Assembly: GCA_964502355.1 (NCBI GenBank)
Contig: CAZCWK010000002.1
Coordinates: 64,683 to 128,682, forward strand
Source of the DNA: an uncultured Bacteroidales bacterium
GTDB taxonomy: Bacteria; Bacteroidota; Bacteroidia; Bacteroidales; UBA1402
Reading direction: 5' to 3'
DNA: 64,000 nt
A model generated the notes under the pieces. The model saw only the letters and a list, made by a program, of their open reading frames with translations, was not told the DNA's origin and made no database searches. Position numbers and translations under genes: made by a program. Shown piece by piece: positions 44,042 to 52,720 of this stretch (position 1 is its first letter; each line of letters begins with the position of its first letter).

Positions 44042-47000
44042 ATGAAAATCGGTAAACTGCTTGTCGCAACTGTAATTAGTTTTTGTGCTTTTCTTCCTCC
44101 ATCTGTCTCTGCACAGTCTGGTGATCAGATCCTTGATGGTATTGGTGAAACCGGACTGATATCACGTTATACATTAAAAGCTGATGCAAGAGACTGGTCA
44201 AGAAATAATTTGCATGGTAATATAAACGGCACAGATTTTAAATTTGTGACGGACTCACTATTTGGAAATGTCCTTGACCTTAATGGCAAAAGCGCTACTT
44301 ATATTTCACTTCCCGGAGATTTGGCTACAGGTGAAGAGTCATTTACTATGACAGGATGGGTATATCTGCGCTCAATACAAAACGGACAGGTATTTTTTGA
44401 TTTTGGCAAAAGCAGCAAATCACGTATTCAGGCTGTTTTGACCGGCTCTAAAAATAAAGAAGGGTTTCAGGCTCAGGTAATGAGTGATTCAAAAAGTTAT
44501 ACTTCAACAGCTAAGTTTTTGTCGATAAATAAATGGCATTTCCTGACAGTGATTTTTGATATGCCTTCAAAATCTTTGATAACTTCTGTTGATGGTCAGC
44601 CTGTTAGTAAGGTTACGAATGTTGATATAGAGCTTTCACGTCTGTTTGATTATGACTCGGTCAATAATAACAAGATTTTGATAGGTAAATCTCCCGAAGG
44701 CCAAACTGCATTGAATGCGAAATTGTATGATTTTCGTATTTACAGGATTCCATTGACCGAAAGGCAAATACAAAGGATTTATAATATAGCGTTAAAAAAG
44801 GAAGAGCCTGTTTCAAGAAGACGCTTTGAGCCTGAACGTAATCAGGCATTTTCTGATTCAACACCGCAACTTTACAATGCGTTTCTTAAAAGTGTTCCTG
44901 ATATTGATGTTGTTACCGAAGTAAAGAGTCTTCCGCGATTGCCCCGTTTTGTAAAAGGCGTTTACAAAGACGGCATTAATGGTCCTGATGTCAGAGTTTT
45001 ATGGCCTGCTCCTGTTGATAACAGTCAGGTGCTGACTGCAGGAACTTATAAGATTAAAGGTAAAGTGCCGGGTACTAAGATTGAGCCGGTAGCAATCGTC
45101 AAAGTTATTGAGGCTTCAAAATATGAGGCGCCAGTACGCAAACTTGAAGCTTTCAAACTTGATCAGGTTTCTCTCAATAACGACTCTCATAAAGATAAAA
45201 CCAGATTTATTGAAAACCGTGACAAGTTTATTGAAGGTCTTTCAAAAACTAATCCTGATAATTTCCTCTACATGTTTCGTAATGCTTTCGGTCAGAAGCA
45301 ACCTGCAGGGGCTGAGCCGCTTGGAGTTTGGGATAGTCAGGATACGAAATTACGCGGTCATGCCACAGGTCATTACCTGAGCGCTATTGCTCAGGCTTAT
45401 GCGAGCACCGGCTATGACAAACAGCTGCAGGCAAACTTTGCAGGCAAGATGGTTTACATGGTGAATATTTTGTATGAGTTATCACAATTGTCGGGTAAAC
45501 CTCAGACTCAGGGTGGATTATCTGTTTCGGATCCTTCGCTTGTACCTCCTTTAGAGGGTAAAGGTAGTTTTGATTCTGACCTGAGTGAGAATGGTATAAG
45601 GACTGATTACTGGAACTGGGGTAAGGGTTTCATCAGTGCTTATCCACCGGATCAGTTTATCATGCTTGAAAATGGTGCAAGTTACGGCGGTTCAAATGCT
45701 CAGATCTGGGCTCCTTATTATACTTTACACAAGATTCTAGCCGGACTGATGGATGTTTATGAAATCAGCGGCAATAAAAAGGCTCTTGAAATCGTGAAAG
45801 GCATGGGTGACTGGGTATATGCACGTTTAAGTAAGTTGCCGCAAGCAACTTTGATAAGTATGTGGAATAAGTATATTGCCGGTGAGTTTGGCGGAATGAA
45901 TGAGGCTATGGCAAGGTTGAGCCGTATTACCTGTGAATCCCGCTATCTTGAAACCGCTAAAATGTTTGATAATATCAGGGTGTTTTATGGTGATGAAAAT
46001 CATAGTCACGGACTGGCTAAGAATGTTGATATTTTCCGTGGATTGCATGCAAACCAGCATATTCCCCAGATAATCGGTGCTCTTGAGATTTATCGTGATA
46101 ATCATGTTTCTGATTATTATCATATCGCTGACAATTTTTGGGATATGGTGACTGGTGATTATATGTATAGTATTGGTGGTGTTGCCGGAGCCCGTAATCC
46201 GAATAATTCCGAATGTTTCATCGCTCAGCCTTCAACAATTTATGAAAATGGTTTTAATAATGGTGGACAGAATGAAACCTGTGGTACATACAACATGCTT
46301 AAGCTGACAAGTGGTTTGTTTATGTTTGATCAGAATGCTGAGTTAATGGATTATTATGAGCGTGGTCTTTACAATCATATTCTTTCTTCTGTTGCTGAGC
46401 ATAGCCCTGCTAATACTTATCATGTTTCGTTGAGGCCGGGTTCTTACAAACAATTTGGAAACCCGGAAATGGACGGTTTCACTTGCTGTAATGGTACAGC
46501 TCTGGAAAGCAGCACTAAGCTTCAAGGTTCTGTTTATTACAGAAGTGCAGACAACAAGGCTTTGTATGTTAATCTTTACATTCCTTCCACTTTGAACTGG
46601 ACTGAAAAAGGTGTAATTATTACTCAGACTACTGCTTATCCTAAAGAAGATAAAACGAAACTGACTATAAAGGGTCGTGGTAAGTTTGATATCAATGTAC
46701 GTGTGCCTCACTGGGCTAAGAAAGGTTTCTTCGTGAAGATTAATGGTAAAGATGTCAAGGTCAATGCTATTCCGGGAAGTTATCTGACATTGAGCCGTAA
46801 ATGGAAAGATGGTGATACTATTGAGCTTTGTATGCCTTTTGGCTTTTATCTTGAGCCTGTTATGGATCAGCAGAATATCGCGAGTTTGTTTTATGGCCCT
46901 GTCCTGCTGGCTGCTCAGGAAACTGAACCCCGTACTGAGTGGCGTAAAGTGACTTTGGATGCAGTAGATATAAGCAAATCCATTAAGGGTGATCCGCAAA

Positions 47001-47092
47001 AGTTAATATTCGAAATTGACGGGGTGGTTTACAAACCGTTTTATGATACTTACGGTAGACATTCGGTTTATCTCGACGTCACTCTAAAATAA
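44042..47092 (+). CDS. Secreted LamG/concanavalin-like domain + GH127-type (DUF1680) beta-L-arabinofuranosidase-family glycosidase
   Basis: 1016 aa with a signal peptide. HATGHYLSA, GQNETCGTYNMLKL and GFTCCNGTALES match the E-x-C ... C-C zinc/catalytic cysteine pattern of GH127. Confidence 0.85.
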   Translation: MKIGKLLVATVISFCAFLPPSVSAQSGDQILDGIGETGLISRYTLKADARDWSRNNLHGNINGTDFKFVTDSLFGNVLDLNGKSATYISLPGDLATGEESFTMTGWVYLRSIQNGQVFFDFGKSSKSRIQAVLTGSKNKEGFQAQVMSDSKSYTSTAKFLSINKWHFLTVIFDMPSKSLITSVDGQPVSKVTNVDIELSRLFDYDSVNNNKILIGKSPEGQTALNAKLYDFRIYRIPLTERQIQRIYNIALKKEEPVSRRRFEPERNQAFSDSTPQLYNAFLKSVPDIDVVTEVKSLPRLPRFVKGVYKDGINGPDVRVLWPAPVDNSQVLTAGTYKIKGKVPGTKIEPVAIVKVIEASKYEAPVRKLEAFKLDQVSLNNDSHKDKTRFIENRDKFIEGLSKTNPDNFLYMFRNAFGQKQPAGAEPLGVWDSQDTKLRGHATGHYLSAIAQAYASTGYDKQLQANFAGKMVYMVNILYELSQLSGKPQTQGGLSVSDPSLVPPLEGKGSFDSDLSENGIRTDYWNWGKGFISAYPPDQFIMLENGASYGGSNAQIWAPYYTLHKILAGLMDVYEISGNKKALEIVKGMGDWVYARLSKLPQATLISMWNKYIAGEFGGMNEAMARLSRITCESRYLETAKMFDNIRVFYGDENHSHGLAKNVDIFRGLHANQHIPQIIGALEIYRDNHVSDYYHIADNFWDMVTGDYMYSIGGVAGARNPNNSECFIAQPSTIYENGFNNGGQNETCGTYNMLKLTSGLFMFDQNAELMDYYERGLYNHILSSVAEHSPANTYHVSLRPGSYKQFGNPEMDGFTCCNGTALESSTKLQGSVYYRSADNKALYVNLYIPSTLNWTEKGVIITQTTAYPKEDKTKLTIKGRGKFDINVRVPHWAKKGFFVKINGKDVKVNAIPGSYLTLSRKWKDGDTIELCMPFGFYLEPVMDQQNIASLFYGPVLLAAQETEPRTEWRKVTLDAVDISKSIKGDPQKLIFEIDGVVYKPFYDTYGRHSVYLDVTLK

Positions 47093-47096
47093 TTTG

Positions 47097-47135
47097 AAAA
47101 GCTCCTTCCGGTTAATCGCGAGGAGCTTTTTAATT
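47097..47135 (+). terminator. Rho-independent terminator of the GH127 gene
   Basis: aaaagctcct / aggagctttt form a perfect 10-bp stem with a 14-nt loop, followed by T-rich sequence. Confidence 0.65.
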
Positions 47136-47243
47136 TTATTACGGCAATCCGCACTTGCGGCTTCCGGTACATTAAGATCATGAACAAGAGGCAACACGTC
47201 TGACCAAGCTGGTTGCCCCGGGAGCTTGAACACGCTCGTTTTT

Positions 47244-47822
47244 TTAGTAAACCCTGTAAGTGCCGTTGAAGTCTTCAGAGCCCGAGTTTATGCTTTCAAT
47301 TATTTCGAAGCATTGATTGATGTCTTCAGCAACAATTATCGGTTTTGGCAGGAAATCGTGCAGGAAATGTTCTTCCTTGAGTTTTTCCAGAAACCCGATG
47401 AGTGGTTCGTAGAAACCTTCGATATTGGCAATGATAATCCTCTTTTTGTGGTAATCCAGGTTGTATGAAGCCCATGCATCAAAAAGTTCGTCAAGAGAAC
47501 CGACTCCACCGGGAAATACGATGATTAAGTCGCTAAGGTTCTTGATGGTTTCTTTCCTGTCGCTGAGGTTTCCGACAAATACGGTTTCATCATTCTTGTC
47601 ATTATACCAACCTCTTTGCTTGAAATCTTCGGGAACTACTCCTATGCTTTTGCCTCCGTTTTCGTGTATGGTACTTGAGAAAATTTCCATCAATCCTTGT
47701 GTTGAACCTCCGTTAACTACGGTCATACCTTTTAGTCCCATCCACTTGGCAAGTTGCCTGGCATTTTCATTGAAAACCGGATTTATATGTGTGCTTGCTG
47801 AGCAGTAAATACCTATGGTCAT
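47244..47822 (-). CDS. LOG-family (TIGR00730-type) nucleotide 5'-monophosphate nucleosidase / cytokinin riboside phosphoribohydrolase-like protein
   Basis: GGSTQGLMEIFS and FPGGVGSLDELFDAW match the PGGxGTxxE motif. The start was chosen at MTIGIYCSAS (47822); the ORF track extends to 47891. Confidence 0.85.
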   Translation of the reverse strand: MTIGIYCSASTHINPVFNENARQLAKWMGLKGMTVVNGGSTQGLMEIFSSTIHENGGKSIGVVPEDFKQRGWYNDKNDETVFVGNLSDRKETIKNLSDLIIVFPGGVGSLDELFDAWASYNLDYHKKRIIIANIEGFYEPLIGFLEKLKEEHFLHDFLPKPIIVAEDINQCFEIIESINSGSEDFNGTYRVY

Positions 47823-47927
47823 TGATATGTTTTTATTTATTGAGAAATAGTATTTCGCAGGATTTTGTTTTGCAATTATTAAGTGATGCAAATATCCTCT
47901 TTTTAATCGTTTAATGCAAAAATTAAG

Positions 47928-47935
47928 TACTTTTG
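47928..47935 (+). promoter_or_regulatory. Candidate -7 box TACTTTTG for the M16 peptidase gene
   Basis: Matches TAnnTTTG, 26 nt upstream of the ATG at 47962. Confidence 0.45.
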
Positions 47936-47961
47936 CCGGTCAGATTCAGTCTGCATAAATA

Positions 47962-49317
47962 ATGAAAAATTATAATTCCGAACAAAATATTTCTTTTCAT
48001 ACGCTTTCAAATGGTATAAGGATTATCCACAGGCAGTGCGATGGAGAGGTTTCATGTAGTGGTTTTGTGGTGAAAGCCGGTACCCGCGATGAGCTCATTA
48101 GTGAGCAGGGTCTTGCCCATTTCACCGAGCATATGCTGTTTAAAGGTACTCCTTCAAGGTCTTCTAACAACATACTTAACTTTATGGATAAAGTGGGTGG
48201 TGAAGTTAATGCTTATACTACCAAGGAAGAAATTTTCCTGTACTCTGTGTTTCTCCGTAAGGATTATGAAAGGGCTATTGCACTGATGACAGATCAGTTT
48301 TTTAATTCATACTTTCCTGCCGATGAAATCGACAAGGAGAGAGATGTTATTATGGATGAAATCGATTCGTACGAGGACTCTCCGTCTGAATTGATTTTTG
48401 ATGATTTTGAGCAATTATTGTTTCCTGATCATCCTGTCGGGAGAAGGATTCTTGGTACTGAGCAATGTCTTGCGGGGATTAAACGTGATGACTTCATCGA
48501 TTTTCATTCGAGAAATTTTACTACTGATAGTATCGTTTATTATTCTCAGTCAGCAATGCCGATGAGTAACGTAGTGCGACTTGCCGAAAAATATATTGGC
48601 GGGATTAAGGCTTCTATCAGGCAAAACGGCAGTAATATTTCTTCCGCCCATAATGGCCTTTTGTCTGTTGACAGAGGGTTCGCCCGTAATTTTGCTACTC
48701 CAAAGGATGCAATTGCGGCTGATGGCAGTGGGTTTGCACCAAATATTTCTCCTGTACCTGCAAGAGGTGTCAGGAAAACCATAGACAAGGATACTCATCA
48801 GGCTCACGTTATCATAGGCAATACCAATTACTCTTTGTTTGAAGAAGAGGACAGGATGTGCATGTACTTCATCAATAATATCCTTGGTGGCCCGGGCATG
48901 AACAGTCGTTTAAACATGGCTCTCAGGGAAAAGTCTGCTTTGGTTTATTCGGTTGAATCCGGTGTAACTTCTTTTACTGATGCCGGTGTTTTTACCGTGT
49001 ATTTTGGCACTGACACTGAGCATGTCAACAAGAGTATTAAGATTGTTGAAAAAGAGCTTAAGTCCTTCAGGGAAAAGCGTCTTTCGGATGCTCAGTTGCA
49101 TGCGGCCAAAAGACAACTCTATGGTCAGATACTGATTTCATCGGAGAATAAGGAGAACCAGACTTTGAGTATGGGTAAAAGCATGCTTTATTTCAATTAC
49201 TATGATTCTATCGAAGAAATAGTCTCTAAAATCGAGTCAATCACCTCCGACAAGATTATAGATGTAGCCAGCAGGATATTTGCCCCCGACGATCTATCGG
49301 TGCTGATCTATAAATAA
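47962..49317 (+). CDS. M16-family (pitrilysin-like) zinc peptidase
   Basis: Inverted zinc motif HFTEHMLFKGT (HxxEH); 451 aa. Confidence 0.9.
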   Translation: MKNYNSEQNISFHTLSNGIRIIHRQCDGEVSCSGFVVKAGTRDELISEQGLAHFTEHMLFKGTPSRSSNNILNFMDKVGGEVNAYTTKEEIFLYSVFLRKDYERAIALMTDQFFNSYFPADEIDKERDVIMDEIDSYEDSPSELIFDDFEQLLFPDHPVGRRILGTEQCLAGIKRDDFIDFHSRNFTTDSIVYYSQSAMPMSNVVRLAEKYIGGIKASIRQNGSNISSAHNGLLSVDRGFARNFATPKDAIAADGSGFAPNISPVPARGVRKTIDKDTHQAHVIIGNTNYSLFEEEDRMCMYFINNILGGPGMNSRLNMALREKSALVYSVESGVTSFTDAGVFTVYFGTDTEHVNKSIKIVEKELKSFREKRLSDAQLHAAKRQLYGQILISSENKENQTLSMGKSMLYFNYYDSIEEIVSKIESITSDKIIDVASRIFAPDDLSVLIYK

Positions 49318-50060
49318 AGTATTGATTCCGGACCCATATTAAACAGCAGGTCAATTATGCTCAGGTTTGGGATGAAACCAAACTTCCTTTCGAAAACCTG
49401 ATAATATGGCCTAATGATTTTTTCAGTAAGTCTGCTGTCAAGTATGGCTTTGGGCTGAAGGATTTGCCTCAAATCAATCATTTTATTTTGTGCAATCTCT
49501 TTGACCGAATCGCCTGTTTTATTTAAAGAAGTTATTACTGAAGACTTTTTCACAGAACCTGAGTCGGTGGTGGTAATTTTATGGAACAAATCCGATTGTT
49601 CGTATCCTGCACTAAAGTCTTCAATATAAGTTTCGGTAAGCTGGCATTGAGGGTCTATTTCCAGGAGCTCGCAGAGTTTCAACCTGATTTCTTCGTTGAA
49701 ATCAAACAGCCACTTTTCTTTTTTCTCAAAAAAAGGTCTGATGTCATCGGCGTAATACTCGAAAAACGGGCTGGAATTGTAGGCCGACTCGATGCTGTAC
49801 CAATGCATCCTATGCCAGTCTCCATGGTCAGATAGCTTGATATCTCTAATTTTAGTCTTGACGTTGCCGGTTTTTTCGACAGGTATAGTCAGGCTCATCC
49901 GTCCGTTAGCTGAGGCTATCTCAAAACGGTTTCGATATGTCTGTTTGATATAGTTTTCATGGCTTTCAATATATCTGACATCTGCCCGGTTGAAAAGTGC
50001 ATAATATGCTACCGGTGCGAAGCATGCTGTCGTGAATATGGCTTGAGACTTTTGTTCCAT
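49308..50060 (-). CDS. WbqC-family protein
   Basis: FAPVAYYALFNRADVRYIESHENYIKQTYRNRFEIASANGRMSLTIPV is typical of WbqC-like proteins. The 3' end overlaps the convergent M16 gene by 10 nt. Confidence 0.8.
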   Translation of the reverse strand: MEQKSQAIFTTACFAPVAYYALFNRADVRYIESHENYIKQTYRNRFEIASANGRMSLTIPVEKTGNVKTKIRDIKLSDHGDWHRMHWYSIESAYNSSPFFEYYADDIRPFFEKKEKWLFDFNEEIRLKLCELLEIDPQCQLTETYIEDFSAGYEQSDLFHKITTTDSGSVKKSSVITSLNKTGDSVKEIAQNKMIDLRQILQPKAILDSRLTEKIIRPYYQVFERKFGFIPNLSIIDLLFNMGPESILYL

Positions 50061-50114
50061 TTTTGCATAATCGTATTAGCCGCTTTTATTTTTTTTGTGT
50101 AGTCGGGAATAGTT

Positions 50115-50122
50115 CAAATATA
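50115..50122 (-). promoter_or_regulatory. Candidate -7 box TATATTTG for the WbqC-family gene
   Basis: The minus strand matches TAnnTTTG. Confidence 0.35.
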
Positions 50123-50223
50123 CTTAATAAATAATCCTCGTTACCTGCGGCGAGGGGTTTCACGTTACGAAAATTGAGAGACAAATATATTCAATCTTTT
50201 GCTTTGTACTTGAAGTATTTTGT

Positions 50224-50231
50224 TAAGTTTG
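50224..50231 (+). promoter_or_regulatory. Candidate -7 box TAAGTTTG for the aminopeptidase gene
   Basis: Matches TAnnTTTG, 22 nt upstream of the ATG at 50254. Confidence 0.4.
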
Positions 50232-50253
50232 TATTCAACTAAATCATTATACT

Positions 50254-51642
50254 ATGTTTGCAAAAGATATTTACGTTAATAGACGCAGTGATTTGTGTCA
50301 GTTAGTTCAATCAGGTATCATTCTGTTGCCGGGTAATGCTGAGGCTTCAATGAACTACCCTGAAAATACTTATCATTTCAGACAAAACAGTCATTTTATA
50401 TATTTTGCAGGGATTGATATCCCTGACCTGTTTGTGGCTATTGATGCCGACAACGGTGAAACCATTCTTTTTGCTGACGAGCTTACTATGGACGATATCA
50501 TCTGGACAGGGCCAAAAGAAAGCTACAAAGATATTGCCGCAAAATCAGGTATTTATAAAGTTCAACCAAGCAATACAATAAGCAGTTATGTGGCTGATGC
50601 TATCTCCAAAAAACGTGAGATACACTATCTGCCGCCTTACAGGATGGATACCGCTGTGATGATATCCGGACTTACAGGGATCAAGTTGGCTGAAATAAAA
50701 GAAAAGGCTTCTGTAAAGCTTATAAAAGCAGTTGCTAAATTGCGTTCAATTAAAAGTGCTGAGGAGCTGGCTGAAATTGACAAAGCTGCGATTTTGGGGT
50801 ATGAGATGCATAATGCTGTGATGCATAACACATTGCCAGGTGTTACCGAAAGGCATCTTGCTGCGATAGCAGAAGGTATTGCTCTCTCAAAAGGGCAGGG
50901 GATGTCTTTTCCGATAATTCTAACTCAAAGAGGAGAGGTTTTGCATGGACACAGTCACGATATGACATTAGTTGAAGGCAGTCTGATGATTTGCGATGCT
51001 GGTGCGGAGAGTCTTGAGCATTATGCTTCTGATTTTACAAGGACAATCCCTGTAAGCGGTTCTTTCACTCCTATACAAAGGGATTTGTACCAGATTGTGC
51101 TTGATGCTAACAATAAAGCCTTTGAATTGATCAAACCTGGTGTATTCTATAAAGATGTACATTTAGCTTCATGCCGTGTGCTTGCTGAAGGACTGAAATC
51201 TCTTGGTGTTATGAAAGGTAATATCGATGAAGCCGTGGCTAATGGCGCGCACGCTCTTTTCATGCCTCATGGTCTGGGCCATATGATGGGTCTTGATGTG
51301 CATGATATGGAAGATATCGGTGAAAATTATGTTGGTTATGACGATGAAATCAGTCGCAGCAGCCAGTTTGGTCTGAAGAGTCTGAGGCTGGGCAAAAGGC
51401 TTCAGCCCGGTTTCGTCCTGACTGTAGAGCCCGGTATGTATTTTATCCCTGCCCTGATCGAAAAGTGGAGAGCTGAAAAAATCAATGCTGAATTTATCGA
51501 TTTTGATAATGCCACTCAGTTGATAGGCACAGGAGGTATCCGTATCGAAGATGATGCCATCGTTACTGAAACCGGTTGCAGAATGCCGGGAGAAAAGCGA
51601 CTCCCTGTTACTGTAAGTGAAATTGAATCAATATATCTTTAA
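50254..51642 (+). CDS. M24B-family Xaa-Pro aminopeptidase (aminopeptidase P family)
   Basis: 462 aa. HGLGHMMGLDVHD, TVEPGMYF and GGIRIEDD are M24B metal-site motifs. Confidence 0.9.
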   Translation: MFAKDIYVNRRSDLCQLVQSGIILLPGNAEASMNYPENTYHFRQNSHFIYFAGIDIPDLFVAIDADNGETILFADELTMDDIIWTGPKESYKDIAAKSGIYKVQPSNTISSYVADAISKKREIHYLPPYRMDTAVMISGLTGIKLAEIKEKASVKLIKAVAKLRSIKSAEELAEIDKAAILGYEMHNAVMHNTLPGVTERHLAAIAEGIALSKGQGMSFPIILTQRGEVLHGHSHDMTLVEGSLMICDAGAESLEHYASDFTRTIPVSGSFTPIQRDLYQIVLDANNKAFELIKPGVFYKDVHLASCRVLAEGLKSLGVMKGNIDEAVANGAHALFMPHGLGHMMGLDVHDMEDIGENYVGYDDEISRSSQFGLKSLRLGKRLQPGFVLTVEPGMYFIPALIEKWRAEKINAEFIDFDNATQLIGTGGIRIEDDAIVTETGCRMPGEKRLPVTVSEIESIYL

Positions 51643-51693
51643 AAGTAAACGGTTTTTCGGATAACTGCATTTTAATATCGTCCAAGAATAAAT

Positions 51694-51725
51694 AATAAAG
51701 CCCCGGAAAATTCTGAGGCTTTATT
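51694..51725. terminator. Bidirectional hairpin between convergent genes
   Basis: aataaagcc / ggctttatt form a perfect 9-bp stem with a 14-nt loop, T-rich on both sides. Confidence 0.5.
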
Positions 51726-51743
51726 ATTTAATGCTATACAGGA

Positions 51744-52700
51744 TTACCTGATTTTTCGAAACAAGTGCTTGTTTTCAGGCGAATATAATATCAGCAATGC
51801 CTTACCAATTATCTGATTTTCAGATATTGGACCAAGAGATCGGGAATCATTCAGGAAACCCTGATGGTCATTTAGCATCCAGTAATAATCATGTTTGAAG
51901 GTATAATAATCGGATTCAATACCGTTGATTTCGTATTTGCCGGAACCGGATCTGCTTATTGTGATATTTTCATATCTGTCAAGCAATTCTCTCCATTTTT
52001 TTACTGATTTTTTATCAAGACTAATTTTGTAACCTTTGCAGGGAACGATGATTTGTTTATCGTCTTTGTAAGAAAGATAAGGCTTCAATGGGAATTTATC
52101 GCTACTGTGTTCAACCGATATTTTCATAAACTCAAACTGAGTCATGAAAACAAATCCTGTATCATTCCTGTGGTATAATTTTTTTTCAGGGTATTCCTGT
52201 TTAATGCTATTTTCAACCAGCTTAATGTTTTTAAGATCAAACATAAAGCATGCTGTAGCATCCATAGGTCTTTCAATCAACTTCCCGTTAGCTCTAATGG
52301 TGTTTTCGAAAAATAACAGAGTATCTCCGGGTAGCCCGATACATCTGCTGAAAAGAGCAGGCGATAGCTCCAAAGGCAGGTTAGGGTGTTTCCTTGGATC
52401 ATTAAAAATTAAAAGGTCATTATGTCTGATTTTAGATATACCGTTAATCCTGTAAGGCTCTTCATTTATACCAATCAAGTGCTTTTCCCTGACACCGCTT
52501 TCATTTTTGGATCTTATCTTCAGCTTATAAGGCATTCTTGGGCCAAGGGTCCATTTTTCGACAATAATCTTGTCTCCGGGTTTGAAACTCTCCAACATCG
52601 CTTTGGAAGCAATGTCAATGGTTTCAAACACGAAAAGTCTTAGTATGAACGCGATTACAAAAGCTATGAACAGTATTATGAAAAGTCTCTTGATTCTCAT
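51744..52700 (-). CDS. S26 signal-peptidase-I-like paralogue lacking the Ser/Lys catalytic dyad
   Basis: 318 aa with an N-terminal TM helix. It aligns with the adjacent LepB (IDIASKAMLESFKPGD vs IPSSSLEKSLLVGD; FSRCIGLPGDTL vs VKRCVGLPGDTL; NDSRSLGPI vs ADSRAWGFV). Confidence 0.8.
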   Translation of the reverse strand: MRIKRLFIILFIAFVIAFILRLFVFETIDIASKAMLESFKPGDKIIVEKWTLGPRMPYKLKIRSKNESGVREKHLIGINEEPYRINGISKIRHNDLLIFNDPRKHPNLPLELSPALFSRCIGLPGDTLLFFENTIRANGKLIERPMDATACFMFDLKNIKLVENSIKQEYPEKKLYHRNDTGFVFMTQFEFMKISVEHSSDKFPLKPYLSYKDDKQIIVPCKGYKISLDKKSVKKWRELLDRYENITISRSGSGKYEINGIESDYYTFKHDYYWMLNDHQGFLNDSRSLGPISENQIIGKALLILYSPENKHLFRKIR

Positions 52701-52720
52701 AAATCATTAATAAATAACCG

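Noticed and set aside
46343-46999. 218-aa minus-strand ORF.
   Set aside because: It is entirely antisense within the GH127 gene, which has strong family motifs in the same interval. Its sequence is low-complexity with no domain.
47136-47243. Relatively GC-rich convergent intergenic stretch with several short hairpins (ccgc/gcgg, ggcaac/gttgcc, gagc/gctc + T7), considered as a possible sRNA.
   Set aside because: The stems are only 4-6 bp. The T7 run overlaps the LOG stop codon. The ggcaac/gttgcc hairpin is adequately explained as the LOG gene terminator on the minus strand. There is no promoter box.
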